From Eledone cirrhosa (lineage: Eukaryota): 64,000 nt of DNA. The stretch is taken from the NCBI GenBank assembly GCA_964016885.1, contig OZ024757.1, positions 25,544,001 to 25,608,000 of the forward strand, read 5' to 3'. Each line of letters opens with the position of its first letter. The first letter of the stretch is position 1. The notes under the pieces are model-generated. The model had not been told where the DNA came from. It ran no database searches and saw only the letters and a program-made list of their open reading frames with translations. Position numbers and translations under genes: made by a program. Below, piece after piece: positions 29,330-43,873 of the stretch.

Positions 29330-29980
29330 TAAAGAGGGGAGAGTGGCCTAATTTACACAGTCCGAAACACAGTGGTCCAACACCGGCCCAATTTCGCCTT
29401 GAATTGTTGCGTGGTTGGCGCGTTGACTACTTCTTCTGGAAGCCGATTCCAGAGTCCAGAGATGCGGATCGAGAAAGCAGCTTTTCGTCTATTAGGCGAA
29501 AGCGGCGCTGAAACAGCTTTTTGTCATGTCCACGCAGACCCCTTTCAAGTGCCGAGTGAATAGGAGATCTTGAGGGAGATCGTAATGGCCATTGAAGAGA
29601 TTGTAAGCCAAAATGAGATCGCCTCTTAGCTGGCGACGCTCCAGGGAGAAGAGGTTCAGCTTCTGCAACCGGCTTTCGTAGGGCAGCTCATGAAGTCCCC
29701 TGTACCATTCGAGTCGCTAGTCATTGAACTCTCTCCAAGTGATGGATATCCCGGATGAGATATGGGTTTGATGCTTGGATGCCATATGCTAGGTGCTGTC
29801 TCACGAGGACGACATAGAGAGGCCTGAAAATTTCTGGAGTAAGTTTGGCAAAGGAGCGTCGAATAAGAAAAAGAGAGCTCCTTGCCTTGTTTGCGGCTTG
29901 ATGGTTTGAAGGACGAGTGGACCAGCAGACCAAGATCTTTAGTCTCCTCAACCTCCTTCAAAGGAGTAGTGCCCACCGTT
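29330..29980 (-). mobile_element. CR1-like LINE ORF2 3' fragment (frameshifted)
   Basis: KDLGLLV, AANKARSSLFLIRRSF, LYVVLVRQHLAYG...[19 protein letters not shown] and WNRLPEEVV are typical CR1 C-terminal motifs. Confidence 0.9.
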
Positions 29981-30137
29981 GAAGGTAAGACCTGGACCCA
30001 TTGGAATTGATGGAATAATCAACTTCTAATACAATCTACCATAATTACGTACATATTGATAAACAGCAAAATATATATTCATTACAATATTACATATCGA
30101 TGAATTATAATCATAATATATAGTCTATATTATATAG

Positions 30138-30174
<37 letters not shown>

Positions 30175-30176
<2 letters not shown>

Positions 30177-31480
30177 CGTCATCACAATCACCACCACCAT
30201 CACCATCACCATCATCACATCACTAACATCACCACCACCACCACCAACACTATCACCACCACCACCACCATCACCATCACCACCACCACCACCAACACTA
30301 TCACCACCACCATCACCATCACCACCATAACCACCACCATCACCACCACCAACACTATCATCACCATCACCACCATCACCACCACTACCACCATCACCAC
30401 CATCACCATCACCACCACCACCACTACCACCATCACCATCACCATCACCATCACCATCACCATCACCACCATCACCATCACCATCACCACCACACACCAT
30501 CACCACCATCATCACCATCACCACCACCACCATCATCACCACCACCACTACCACCATCACCACCATCACCATCACCATCACCACCATCACCACCATCACC
30601 ATCACCATCATCACCACCACCACCACCATCACCACCACCACCACCACCACCACCATCATCACCATCACCACCACCACCATCACCACCATCACCACCACCA
30701 CCACTACCACCATCACCACCATCACCACCACCATCACCATCACCACCATCACCACCATCACCACCACCACCACCACCACCACCACCACCATCACCACCAC
30801 CACCACTACCACCATCATCACCATCACCATCACCACCATCACCACCACCACCACCACCACCATCACCACCACCACCATCACCCCCATCACCACCATCACC
30901 ATCACCACCATCACCACCATCACCACCATCACCACCACCACCACTACCACCATCACCACCATCACCACCACCATCACCATCACCACCATCACCACCCATC
31001 ACCACCACCACCACCACCACCACCACCACCATCACCACCACCACCACTACCACCAATCATCACCATCACCATCACCACCATCACCACCACCACACCACCA
31101 CCATCACCACCACCACCATCACCACCATCACCATCACCACCATCACCACCATCACCACCACCACCACCACCACCACCACCACCATCACCACCACCAACCA
31201 CTACCACCATCATCACCATCACCATCACCACCATCACCACCACCACCACCACCACCATCACCACCACCACCATCACCACCATCACCACCATCACCATCAC
31301 CACCATCACCACCATCACCACCATCACCACCATCACCACTACCACCATCATCACCACCACACACTACCACCATCACTACAACCATCATCATCACCACCAC
31401 CACCATCATCATCACCACCACCATCATCACCACCACTACCACCACCACTACCACCATCATCATCACCATCACCACCAGCA
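30175..31480. repeat. (CAC/CAT)n trinucleotide tract
   Basis: Direct inspection. Confidence 0.95.
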
Positions 31481-31590
31481 GTATTCCCGTCGATGCAAAG
31501 ATCACGTTAAATAGGAACGAGATATGGATGGAAGCTGATTTGGCGTGTGGGTGGGCGAGGGTGTATATGCATGTGTGTGTGTGTGTGTGT

Positions 31591-31629
<39 letters not shown>

Positions 31630-32043
31630 TGTATATTGTCGTGTTGTTGTCTAGTGTGGTGGGGGAGGGTGTATGCGTGAGTATATGTGTCTATGTGTAT
31701 GGGTATATATTTATGTTTATATATGTGTATGTATGTGTTTATATGTGTGTTTATATGTGTGTATATGTGTGTGTTTATATATGTGTGTATGTGTGTTTAT
31801 ATATATATACGTATGTATGTGTGTGTGTGTATATATATATATATGTATGTGTGTGTGTTTATATATATGTGTGTATGTGTGTTTATATATATGTGTGTAT
31901 GTGTGTTTATATATATGTGTGTGTATGTGTGTTTATATATATGTGTGTGTATGTGTGTTTATATATATGTGTGTATGTGTGTTTATATATATGTGTGTAT
32001 GTGTGTTTATATATATGTGTGTTTATATATATATACGTGTGTA

Positions 32044-32092
<49 letters not shown>

Positions 32093-32715
32093 TTATATAT
32101 ATATGTGTGTATGTGTATATGCGTGTGTATTAGTGTGTGTGTGTATGTGTGTGTGTGTGTGTGGTTGTGTTATAGTGTTTTGGGGGAGAGACTCAGGGCG
32201 TGTGGGGGTTGTATGTGTATGAAGGTTGAGGCAGGACCATATCACTGTTCTATCGATTAGGAACAAACCTATCTTTCTCTCTCTCTCTCTCTCCCTCGCT
32301 GCCCCCACGTCATTCCCCCTTCCCCTCCATCCTCTCTCCAACCCCACCCATCCACTCTTATTCGCCGTCACCCCTCCTCCACCCTCCCCTTCACAACCAT
32401 GCCCCCTTCTCCGCCATCACCCCTCCTGCAGCCACCCCCACCGCACCCCTTATCCACCAGCCCCTCGCCCCATCTCCCCTCCACCTCCTACCACCACCAC
32501 CACCACCACCACCTCCTACCACCACCACCTCCTACCACCACCACCACCACCACCACCTCCTACCACCACCACCACCACCACCACCACCACCTCCTACCAC
32601 CACCACCACCACCACCTCCTACCACCACCACCACCCACCACTGCCGCTCCCGGCTGTGATAGAGGAACACGTGGCGTTTCGCGTGTTGTGTTTGTTATAA
32701 TTATCGTTACTGCCT

Positions 32716-33770
32716 GGTGATGATGGTGGTGGTGGTGGTGGTGGTGGTGGTGGTGGTGGTGGTTGTGGTGGTGGTGGTGGTGGTGGTGGTGGTGGTGATT
32801 TGTGGTGGTGGTGGTGGTGATGGTGATGGTGGTGGTGGTGGTGGTGATTGTGATGGTGGTGGTTGTGGTGGCAGTGGTGGTGGTGGTGGTGATGGTGATC
32901 GTGGTGGTGATGGTGGTGGTGGTGATGGTGGTGGTGGTGGTGGTGATGGTGGTGGTGGTGGTGATTGTGATGGTGGTGGTGGTGGTGGTGATTGTGATGG
33001 TGGTGGTTGTGGTGGCAGTGGTGGTGGTGGTGGTGATGGTGATCGTGGTGGTGATGGTGGTGGTGATGATGGTGGTGGTGGTGGTGATTGTGGTGGTGGT
33101 GGTGGCGGTGGTGATTGTGATGGTGGTGGTGGTGGTTGTGGTGGCAGTGGTGGTGGTGGTGGTGATGGTGATCGTGGTGGTGATGGTGGTGGTGGTGGTG
33201 GTGGTGATTGTGATGGTGGTGGTTGTGATGGTGGTGGTGGTGGTTGTGGTGGCAGTGGTGGTGGTGGTGATGGTGATCGTGGTGGTTGTGGTGTTGGTGG
33301 TGGTGGTGGTTGTGGTGGTGGTTGTGGTGGCAGTGGTGGTGGTGGTGGTGATCGGGGTGGTGGTGGTGGTGGTGATGGTGGTGATCGTGGTGGTGATGGT
33401 TGTGGTGGTGGTGGTGGTGGTGATGGTGGTGGTAGTGGTGGTGCTAGTGATAGTGGTGGTGGTGGTGATGGTGGTGTGGTGTTGGTGGTGGCAGTAGTCG
33501 AGGCGGTGGTGCTAGTGCTCGTGGTGGTGGTGGTGGTGGCATTGTTTTTCTTGTTAGTGGTGGTACTGGTGGTGGTGTTGGTACTGTTGGTGATGGTGGT
33601 GTTGCTGGTGTTACTGGTGTTGCTAGTGGTGGTAGTGATGTTGGTGGCGTTGGTGGTAATAGTTTTGGCGTTGTTTGTGCTTGGGTGATGTTGTTGATGG
33701 TGGTGGTGTTGTTGTTTCTGATGCTGGTGTTGGTGGTGTTGATGTTGCTCGTGCTGTTGTTGGTATTGGT
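32716..33770. repeat. (GGT/GAT)n trinucleotide tract with higher-order units
   Basis: Direct inspection. ggttgtggtggcagt and gatcgt variants recur. Confidence 0.95.
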
Positions 33771-33835
33771 TGTGACGCTCCTATTACTTACATACCTACA
33801 CATAATCTCTCTCTCCCCCTCTCTCTCTCTCTCTC

Positions 33836-33879
<44 letters not shown>

Positions 33880-33904
33880 TATATATATATAAATATATAT
33901 ATAC

Positions 33905-33976
<72 letters not shown>

Positions 33977-33980
33977 ATGT

Positions 33981-34041
<61 letters not shown>

Positions 34042-34053
34042 TATACATACACA

Positions 34054-34124
<71 letters not shown>

Positions 34125-34139
34125 TTATATATATATATG

Positions 34140-34226
<87 letters not shown>

Positions 34227-34244
34227 GTGTGTGTGTGTATATTA

Positions 34245-34305
<61 letters not shown>

Positions 34306-34351
34306 GGTGTGTGTTTGTGGGTGTCTGTATACGTATAAATATCTACATGTG

Positions 34352-34443
<92 letters not shown>

Positions 34444-34744
34444 CAAATGCAGATTTAATATATAGTTAACAGAAGGTTTTTTCCACTCATGGTAAATAAT
34501 AGGAAAATAGGTAGGTAACATCGTATCAAATATGGCGGATAAACAACAAAAGTGCGCTGCCATTTAGCCTGAAAGAAGCTGTGTTGCATTAAGCAATCAC
34601 ACAAGGGGAAACTCTGAGTAGCGAGTGGTTTTCTTTTATTGTTTTCTACACACACACATATATATATATATATACACATACATACATAAATATATAAATA
34701 TATATATCCATACATGCATACATATATACATACATAAATATGAA

Positions 34745-34915
34745 AAACCACAAACCCTCCATCTCAACTCTACTTTTGAAAAGCAGAAGAACTGCGAAAC
34801 CGGTAAAGGAACCTAATAAATATATATATTTTTTTAAATAAGACCCCAGTTGCATTTTCGATTTCATCTTTTTTCCTTATACCTTTTCATTTTGTAAAAA
34901 AAAACCTTTCTAATA
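34745..34915 (+). mobile_element. Family F copy (U3-A8 HHR at 34773-34808)
   Basis: ctt-TTGAAAA-gcagaagaactgc-GAAA-ccgg-TA^-aag. Confidence 0.8.
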
Positions 34916-34920
34916 ATATA

Positions 34921-35118
34921 TAACAAAGGGATTGTGGTAAGGAATCAGATGGACCATAACGCACCAGAGTACTCAATACTTAGGGTAGTAGAGTGGGAAA
35001 TAGGAAAAAGTATGACCCCGACGGCAGAGCTCAAGCCGTTTCGACGGCTATTTCTGAACTCTAGTCCAGAAATAGCCGTCGAAACGGCTTGAGCTCTGTC
35101 GTCGGGGTCATACTTTTT

Positions 35119-35121
<3 letters not shown>
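34921..35121. mobile_element. Family E fold-back element (reverse orientation)
   Basis: Arms 35001-35058 and 35065-35122. Confidence 0.85.
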
Positions 35122-35192
<71 letters not shown>

Positions 35193-35263
35193 CATACATA
35201 AATATACATGATTTCATACATGCATAAATATACGTACATGCACACACACATATGTATATACAC

Positions 35264-35309
<46 letters not shown>

Positions 35310-35337
35310 GTATATATATATACATATACACGAGTAT

Positions 35338-35379
<42 letters not shown>

Positions 35380-35389
35380 GAGTATAAAC

Positions 35390-35449
<60 letters not shown>

Positions 35450-35459
35450 GAGTATAAAC

Positions 35460-35516
<57 letters not shown>

Positions 35517-35692
35517 AGCATATATATATATATATATAATAACATTAAGAAAGATGGTGACGTTCCATGCCTTTCATCATTACGGGGTCGATAAAATAAA
35601 GTACCAGTAATACACTGGGATAATTGCTGGCCTTGTGCCAAAAGTAGAAACAATTATAATTATTTCAACGGTTCTCCCATGCAATCAGGATG

Positions 35693-35745
<53 letters not shown>

Positions 35746-36645
35746 AATATAAATTACCGAGAATCGTTTTCAGCTCAGGAATTAACGAAAATCAACGTCC
35801 GATATGTGTGGCAAGCGCTCGATGAATCATATGAATCAGAGCTACAACATACGTTAAGGGCCAAACACACTGAGATGATGGTTAAACATATCATCCGCAC
35901 AGCCAAAATCAAAACGACCAAGTAATTCGGGTCAAACAATAAAAATATATGTGTTGATACTTTCCCGGACCCTGGACTGATGGTAAAATCCAGTATTGGT
36001 TTCTGCGACTCCAAATCAGGTACTGTCCGCCTACATAAAGAATGTTGGGCTTCTGGTGAGATGATGAACAAGGCAGTCGTGTTTTCAACGGGTTTTGCTC
36101 CAATATGCTATAGATAGTGTAGCTATTACTGACCCCTCGTGGGATTCAGCAAGGGAGGTAACACCTCTATTAAGCGAATGATTCAGTTGTGTATTATTGC
36201 GAGAATGCAAAATATCACAAATCGAATTAAAGCTCTCAACAGAATATATATATATGCGTGTGTGTGTGTCTATGAATATATGTATGTATGTGTGTGTCTA
36301 TGTATATATATATGTATGTCTGCATGAATGTATATGTATAGCATATATGATACAAATGTCTCACTGAATATTTGAAGCTGTGACATGATCACAGCTTAAA
36401 ATATTCAGAGCAAGACACTTTTATGTTTATTAAACCTAAACTTATCGTAAACTTATCGTATATGTCTTCAGATACATTTCTATTATGAACCACGCTGTGT
36501 TAGTACTACTGCTAATTATTCTATATGTATGTATTTATGTGTGTATATATTCATATGGCTTTGTGCAGTGCCTTTGCTCACTATAAAAGCTTCACGGCAC
36601 AGGCATTGCTTTATATCTGGAGATCTCTCTGCACTTGTCCTCACA

Positions 36646-36850
36646 TGGGCCCAGCACTATGTGTCAATAATTGTCCTACCATGGGCCCAGCACTATGTGT
36701 CAATAATTGTCACAGGTGTAGTGTTTGTACCAGAGGTTTCAAGTCGCTGGCTGGACTAAAAAGTCACACTCGTTCAGCGCTTCGGTAGGGGTTATCCTAC
36801 ATGGATGTAAAGTAGTGGCCGTACTCGAAAACGAGTTGGCAGCCACCATA
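36646..36850 (+). mobile_element. LINE 3' end (RTE-like Zn finger), copy 2, with a local ~36-bp duplication
   Basis: Encodes CSVCTRGFKSLAGLKSHTRS. Matches 12911-13078. Confidence 0.65.
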
Positions 36851-36862
36851 TATTCATATATA

Positions 36863-37004
36863 AGGCAGTGAATTGACAGAGTGGTTAGAATGTCGGGTAG
36901 AGTGCTTTACGGTATTCGTTCCGTCTCTCTGCTTTTTGAGTTCGAATCCCACCGAGGTCAACTTTGCCTTTCATCCTTTCAAGGTCGATAAAAAAAAGTA
37001 CCAG
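36863..37004 (+). mobile_element. Diverged family-1-related SINE
   Basis: B-box gagttcgaatccc and core actttgcctttcatcctttcaaggtcgata. Confidence 0.75.
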
Positions 37005-37321
37005 CCTCTATATCTCTTTCTCATTTGTTCTCTCTCACTTTCTAAATTTCTCTGGAAGAAATCTGCTGTACTCTGGCCTCGAGAGGGTTAGGCTCTGCCA
37101 GGCTTAAAATGCCAAAGAAACGCCGTATTTCGAGCCGGCGGCAATACGACTCTATCAGGAGTTACGGGACCGTATACAGATATACATATATACATGCATT
37201 TTTACGTATTCCTCTATGTTTTGTTATCGTCTCACATTCATCTTGCCAACAGTGCAGTATCTCCTTTAATGCACAAAAGTTGTAGGCCAGCAAGGTGGCT
37301 GATGAAGTACAGTTATTACTT

Positions 37322-37722
37322 CGGTGGATTGGCAGTATCGGTAGAGGGTCGGACGCCATGCTTTCCAGCATAGTTACTTCCCTTTACGATCTTAGTTCAA
37401 ATCCCGCCGAGGTTGACTTTGCCTTTCATCCTTACGGGGTCGATAAAATAAAGTACCAGTAATGCACTGACTGGGTAATTGCTGGCCTTGTGCCTAAATT
37501 AGAAACAATTATTACTTCTACTTAGAGGGCGGTGGGTTGGCAGTATCGGTAGAGGGTCGGACGCCATGCTCTACAGCATAGAGTTACGGCCCTTTACGAT
37601 CTGCGTTCAAATCCCGCCGAGGTTGACTTTGCCTTTCATCCTTACGGGGTCGATAAAATAAAGTACCAGTAATGTACTGACTGGGTAATTGCTGGCCTTG
37701 TGCCTAAAGTAGAAACAGTTAT
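37322..37722 (+). mobile_element. Two tandem family-1 SINEs (Nin/Deu-like central domain)
   Basis: Copies at ~37322-37512 and ~37527-37722, both with core gactttgcctttcatccttacggggtcgataaaataaagtaccag. Confidence 0.9.
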
Positions 37723-37768
37723 TACTTCGTCTTACGTAACTGTGTGTATTTTGTACGGATACGACATA

Positions 37769-38122
37769 CAGTGCAACTCCGGCATTCGCGGTCACGGTTA
37801 TTCCGCGGAATTTTCCTTAGAACCTAACTAATAATTGTGGAAATAATTCGTAGAAACCACCGCATATTCACGGAATCGTAAAAATCTTCCGCGGTTTTTT
37901 TAATGGCTTTTTTTCTTGCCAATATTTATTTAACAATATACCGTATTTCCCGGCCTATTGGACGACCCTTTGCATAAGACACTCCCTCGTTTTTTAAATA
38001 TATTTTGACGTTATATTTTGACGTTTATAGGCATTTTTATGGAACACGTCCAATATTCGCGGTTTTTCACTTTTCGCTGGTGCCCTATGAATGTAACCTC
38101 CGCAAATGTCGGGGTACAACTG
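37769..38122. mobile_element. pogo/Tigger-like MITE
   Basis: TA-cagtgcaactccggcattcgcgg ... ccgcaaatgtcggggtacaactg-TA imperfect TIRs. Confidence 0.7.
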
Positions 38123-38156
38123 TATATATATATATATATATTTGTATGTGTGTGTG

Positions 38157-38450
38157 AAAGCGTCTGGCTTATGTGTTAGTATGTTCGTCACAATATCGTA
38201 ACGTTGGGAATTCGATTCCTGGATGCGCATTGTGTCCTTAAGCAAGTCACTCCATTTCATGCAGCTGGCAAAAAGGAGTTGAACCTGTTGTTCAAATGAC
38301 CAACCAGCTCTGACACACATTGCATTTCGCTGAATCTCCCCCCGAGAACTACATAAAGGGTACACGTGTCTGTGGAATGGTCAGTTACTTGCACGTTAAC
38401 TTCACGTGCAGGCCGTTCTGTTGCTCGAAAAACTGGAACTCTCATCGTAC
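38157..38450 (+). mobile_element. Diverged family-2 SINE
   Basis: tggctta.gtgttag head, ttcgattcc B-box, core ttgtgtccttaagcaag. Confidence 0.65.
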
Positions 38451-38498
38451 ACGCATGTATAAGCACGCGCCCGCACACGCACACCTATATATATATAG

Positions 38499-38533
<35 letters not shown>

Positions 38534-38780
38534 TGTGTGTCTGTGTATGTATATATGTATGTATGTATGTATATATAATTATATATATATATATATATAT
38601 ATTTAGTGAGAGAGCGAGATGATGCACACACACACATACACACACACACATACACACACACACACACACACACATATATATCCGTACACATACACATATA
38701 TCCACACACACACATATATTTGAGCATATTGTGTATATAAACACACACACACATACTCACACACATATACCTATATATAC

Positions 38781-38811
<31 letters not shown>

Positions 38812-38949
38812 CTTATATATGCGTGTATATATGTGTGTCTGTGTGTACTGTGACATGTGCATAAGTTATACAGTATGGTCGGACATGTGATATGATGAAT
38901 TGCTGTGTCGTACAGGATAACTTACCTTGGCAACGTTCAGCTTGGCACT

Positions 38950-38984
<35 letters not shown>

Positions 38985-39118
38985 CCAGACTTCTGTGCCA
39001 TTATCATTACCGTTGACATCATCATCATCATCATCATCATCAGCAACATTCATTCAACTCCGCCGCTACCAGCAACATCAACATTGTTTACAAAAGCCGT
39101 CACACACACACATGTATG

Positions 39119-39155
<37 letters not shown>

Positions 39156-39198
39156 TTATATATATATATTTATATATATATATTTATATATATATATT

Positions 39199-39292
<94 letters not shown>

Positions 39293-39297
39293 CTTAC

Positions 39298-39341
<44 letters not shown>

Positions 39342-39375
39342 TTATATATATACTTACACACATATATATATATAT

Positions 39376-39473
<98 letters not shown>

Positions 39474-39587
39474 GTTTATATATATATATAAACATATCAT
39501 ATGTGTGTGTGTATGTATGTATTATACATATATATATATATATATACATACACACACAGATATATGCACACATGGGCATTTGTGTAT

Positions 39588-39651
<64 letters not shown>

Positions 39652-39917
39652 TTGTGCGCACGCGTGTGTGTTATAGTTTATATGTATGTACATATCTACA
39701 TACATCTATGTGTGTGTGTGTGTGTATGTGTGTGTATGTGTGTATTTAGTCTGAATTCCAGAAATGCGGAATTCATATTATTATAGGCTATTTAACATGA
39801 CCAGCCATTTTACCGACTGCGCTTATGTCCCACGGAATGATGTTAGAATAGTGAATATGATCGTTGGCTAAGTGTTCTAGATGGCCTGCCAGACGCGAGT
39901 TCAATATTGCATCTATG

Positions 39918-39986
<69 letters not shown>

Positions 39987-40069
39987 ATATATACCCCCCA
40001 CTCTCCTGAGCGTGAATTTAATAAACATTTATTGTACTGCCTCTCTGTTCTGTCCCTGTTCAATTTTTC

Positions 40070-40123
<54 letters not shown>

Positions 40124-40128
<5 letters not shown>

Positions 40129-41154
40129 TATTTTCCGTTGTGTTGTAATATAAATATTACACACAGTAGATTATCAGCTCACGTAGAGTTTGCTCGACGG
40201 TTCCAGTTGTAGTTCCAAAAGTAATCCGGAGAAAAATAGAAAGATTTGAATGGATACAGTTTAGTTGAAAGGAATTTATTGACACGTGTTTCTATAACAG
40301 TTACATAACCTAAAACAGCTACTATCTACAAACTTTTAGTTATGCAGACATTCAATATTTCAATGTTATTATTTACTGTCAAGGGCGGTGGATTGGCAGT
40401 ATCGGTAGAAGGTCGGAGGCCATGCTTTCCAGCATAGTTACGTCCCTTTACGATCTGAGTTCAAATCCCGCCGAGGTTTACTTTGCCTTTCATCCTTATG
40501 GGGTCGATAAAATAAAGTACCAGTAATGAACTGGGATAATTGCTGGCCTTGTGCCAAAAGTAGAAACAATTATTTACTGTCATTTCATCAGAATAATATT
40601 ACTGAGGACCTATTTAGTTTTTATAGAGAATATTAGGAGGGAGGGGTGAAGTTGTTAGAAGAATAGTTGAAGGAGTGGTTTTTCGATAGCAGTGAGAATT
40701 CTTGGTGGCAGTGAGTAATTAGATTCCCATCTGTTGTTTTGACATTTTTTATAGAATATATTATTGGTTATTTTTCTAAATCTATAGAAGGATTAGAGAT
40801 AGTAAAGATATGCGTCGTTGGTTTTGTGTTTGCACTTAATTAACATTCAGACTTAAATTTTTCTTTCAAGTGTACGTATCCTTTCACCCACGCATTCACA
40901 CATAAATATATTTGCACACCTCTACAAAATACATATACTCACAATTCACATATTCATACTTACATATATATACACATGCATACACATATATATATACACA
41001 TGTATTCATGTACATACATACGCGCTCATGTGTATACATTTTCATACTCAACTTATCTTTATATACACACGTATAGACACACACTTATATACATACATAC
41101 TCTAGTCCATGTGTACACACATACACATCTATATACACATATATACATACATAC

Positions 41155-41243
<89 letters not shown>

Positions 41244-41682
41244 CACTTTAATACATGAATACACTTACATCTAACTATACACATCAAACATATATATATA
41301 TTTACTTATTTATATACATTTTCACATATATATACATACTTATGGACGTTTTTAGACACATTCATTATCGCATATTTGCACCTATTCTCATCAGCATATC
41401 TTTCCATTATTAGTGTGGTAATTTAAGGTTATTAATATATGTTGAGAAGAGATTGTTTTTATATTTTTCTAACTAGATTAAGGTTTATATATTGGGGGAT
41501 GTCCCTCTTTTATGTAATATTCGGCTTGTAGTGGGAAAAAAGGGGTTTTTTCCCACTACAATGAATGTGTCTAAAAACGTCCATAAGTATGTATATATAT
41601 GTGAAAATGTATATAAATAAGTAAATATATATATATGTTTGATGTGTATAGTTAGATGTAAGTGTATTCATGTATTAAAGTG

Positions 41683-41727
<45 letters not shown>

Positions 41728-42437
41728 GTATGTATGTATATATGTGTATATAGGTGTGTATGTGTGTACACATGGACTAGAGTATGTATGTATATAAGTG
41801 TGTCTATACGTGTGTATATAAAGATAAGTTGAGTATGAAAATGTATACACATGAGCGCGTATGTATGTACATGAATACATGTGTGTATATATATGTGTAT
41901 GCATGTGTATATATATGTAAGTATGAATATGTGAATTGTGAGTATATGTATTTTGTAGAGGTGTGCAAATATATTTATGTGTGAATGCGTGGGTGAAAGC
42001 ATACGTACACTTGAAAGAAAAATTTAAGTCTGAATGTTAATTAAGTGCAAACACAAAACCAACGACGCATATCTTTACTATCTCTAATCCTTCTATAGAT
42101 TTAGAAAAATAACCAATAATATATTCTATAAAAAATGTCAAAACAACAGATGGGAATCTAATTACTCACTGCCACCAAGAATTCTCACTGCTATCGAAAA
42201 ACCACTCCTTCAACTATTCTTCTAACAACTTCACCCCTCCCTCCTAATATTCTCTATAAAAACTAAATAGGTCCTCAGTAATATTATTCTGATGAAATGA
42301 CAGTAAATAATAACATTGAAATATTGAATGTCTGCATAACTAAAAGTTTGTAGATAGCAGCTGTTTTAGGTTATGTAACTGTTATAGAAACACGTGTCAA
42401 TAAATTCCTTTCAACTAAACTGTATCCATTCAAATCT

Positions 42438-42443
<6 letters not shown>
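40124..42443. mobile_element. ORF-less fold-back insertion of the same PLE (inverted + direct pLTR)
   Basis: 40124-41546 is the reverse complement of PLE 56451-57538 joined to 53999-54112. 41561-42443 is a direct copy of 56633-57538. TA flanks. Confidence 0.92.
40382..40568 (+). mobile_element. Family-1 SINE with a 14-bp TSD, nested in the PLE pLTR
   Basis: attatttactgtca at 40368-40381 and 40569-40582. The empty site is visible at ~53430-53443. Confidence 0.93.
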
Positions 42444-42478
<35 letters not shown>

Positions 42479-42479
42479 A

Positions 42480-42800
42480 ATAAGGGCGCTGCGGAGTTGC
42501 AAATGGGTTACATATGAAAAAAGTTTGTCCTTCATCAGTGATCTTCCAACCATCATAGGCATTTCATCGCTTTAAAGACCATATACCTCCGGTTGGTGCG
42601 AGCAACGGCTAAAAAAAAGTCGTTGGAACACGTAAATAAAGGGGACGCGAGGGTAAACAAACAAAATGGTGAAGCAACAGAAAGTGAGGAAGAAAGAGAC
42701 AAGTCCCAGATTTCTATGAATTTAAATTCGGTGAAATCGTGAACGAGAGAATAAAGACCATCAAACCTGGTTGAAATGTGAGCAAGGAAGGAATTTCACA
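42480..42800 (-). mobile_element. Family G diverged copy
   Basis: Homology to 17858-18170. Confidence 0.7.
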
Positions 42801-43247
42801 CAGATATGTATATATTAACTAATAGGGGTATAGTGGCACCGTCTTGACACACTTTGAGCATTGGGTGTCTTCAAACTGGCGGAGCCCATGACTCTTCTGA
42901 TCGAACGCAGTCGATTTCTTCCAAAGAATATATATATATATATTCATTAGTTAAGCAAAACAAGACCACAAATTTCACAAGGAAGACATTATTAAAAGAT
43001 TGTCAACATAGTTTTAGTTTAATGTAAGGAATGTAGAGAATAATACTAATAATAATAATATTAATAATGTCCGTTTACAATTGTTTCGCTACTCCATATA
43101 ATGTTTCTGGATCAACTGATTATAGATCATTATTGATCTGGTTCAGTTGAAGATAATTAACTTAGGTAAAATTGGAGCAGCTCATCGGAATTTCAAAAGG
43201 AATATAAATAAAAATAAAAATATAAATATAAATATATATATAAATAT

Positions 43248-43349
<102 letters not shown>

Positions 43350-43527
43350 ACCCCCTTCCATCGCGAATGACCATGGTATTTGCACATAGAAAGTTCCCCT
43401 CCTAGGAAGACCAGCAGTCACCCATGCATACTAGTTTCTGCTCTCCACGACACTAATGTTGTCCAAGAGAAAGACAAAGACTGATACAGTTTGGTACCTA
43501 TGACGTCACAAATCATTTCTGCAGCTG

Positions 43528-43873
43528 AGTGAACTGGAGCAACGCGAAATAAAGTGTCTTGCTCAAGGCCACAGTGAACTGGAGCAACGCGAAATAAAGT
43601 GTCTTGCTCAAGGCCACAGTGGACTGGAGCAACGCGAAATAAAGTGTCTTGCTCAAGGCCACAGTGAACTGGAGCAACGCGAAATAAAGTATCTTGCTCA
43701 AGGCCACAGTGGACTGGAGCAACGCGAAATAAAGTGTCTTGCTCAAGGCCACAGTGGACTGGAGCAACACGAAATAAAGTGTCTTGCTCAAGGCCACAGT
43801 GGACTGGAGCAACACGAAATAAAGTGTCTTGCTCAAGGTCACAGTGGACTGGAGCAATGCGAAATTAAGTGTC
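43528..43873 (-). repeat. 45-bp tandem repeat (~7.7 units) of the family-2 SINE core
   Basis: Unit agtg(a/g)actggagcaacgcgaaataaagtgtcttgctcaaggccac. The SINE body is adjacent at 43346-43527. Confidence 0.92.

Noticed and set aside
35750-36230. Unique-looking islands with short ORFs (also 8620-9030, 16800-16990, 24700-25260, 39740-39910)
   Set aside because: No recognisable domain or splice structure. They need BLASTX or RNA-seq and are left unannotated.
38905-39110. Possible minus-strand exon ending at an AG|GTAAGT donor (~38921-38928)
   Set aside because: It is low complexity, the obvious frame has a stop, and no partner exon or homology is recognisable.
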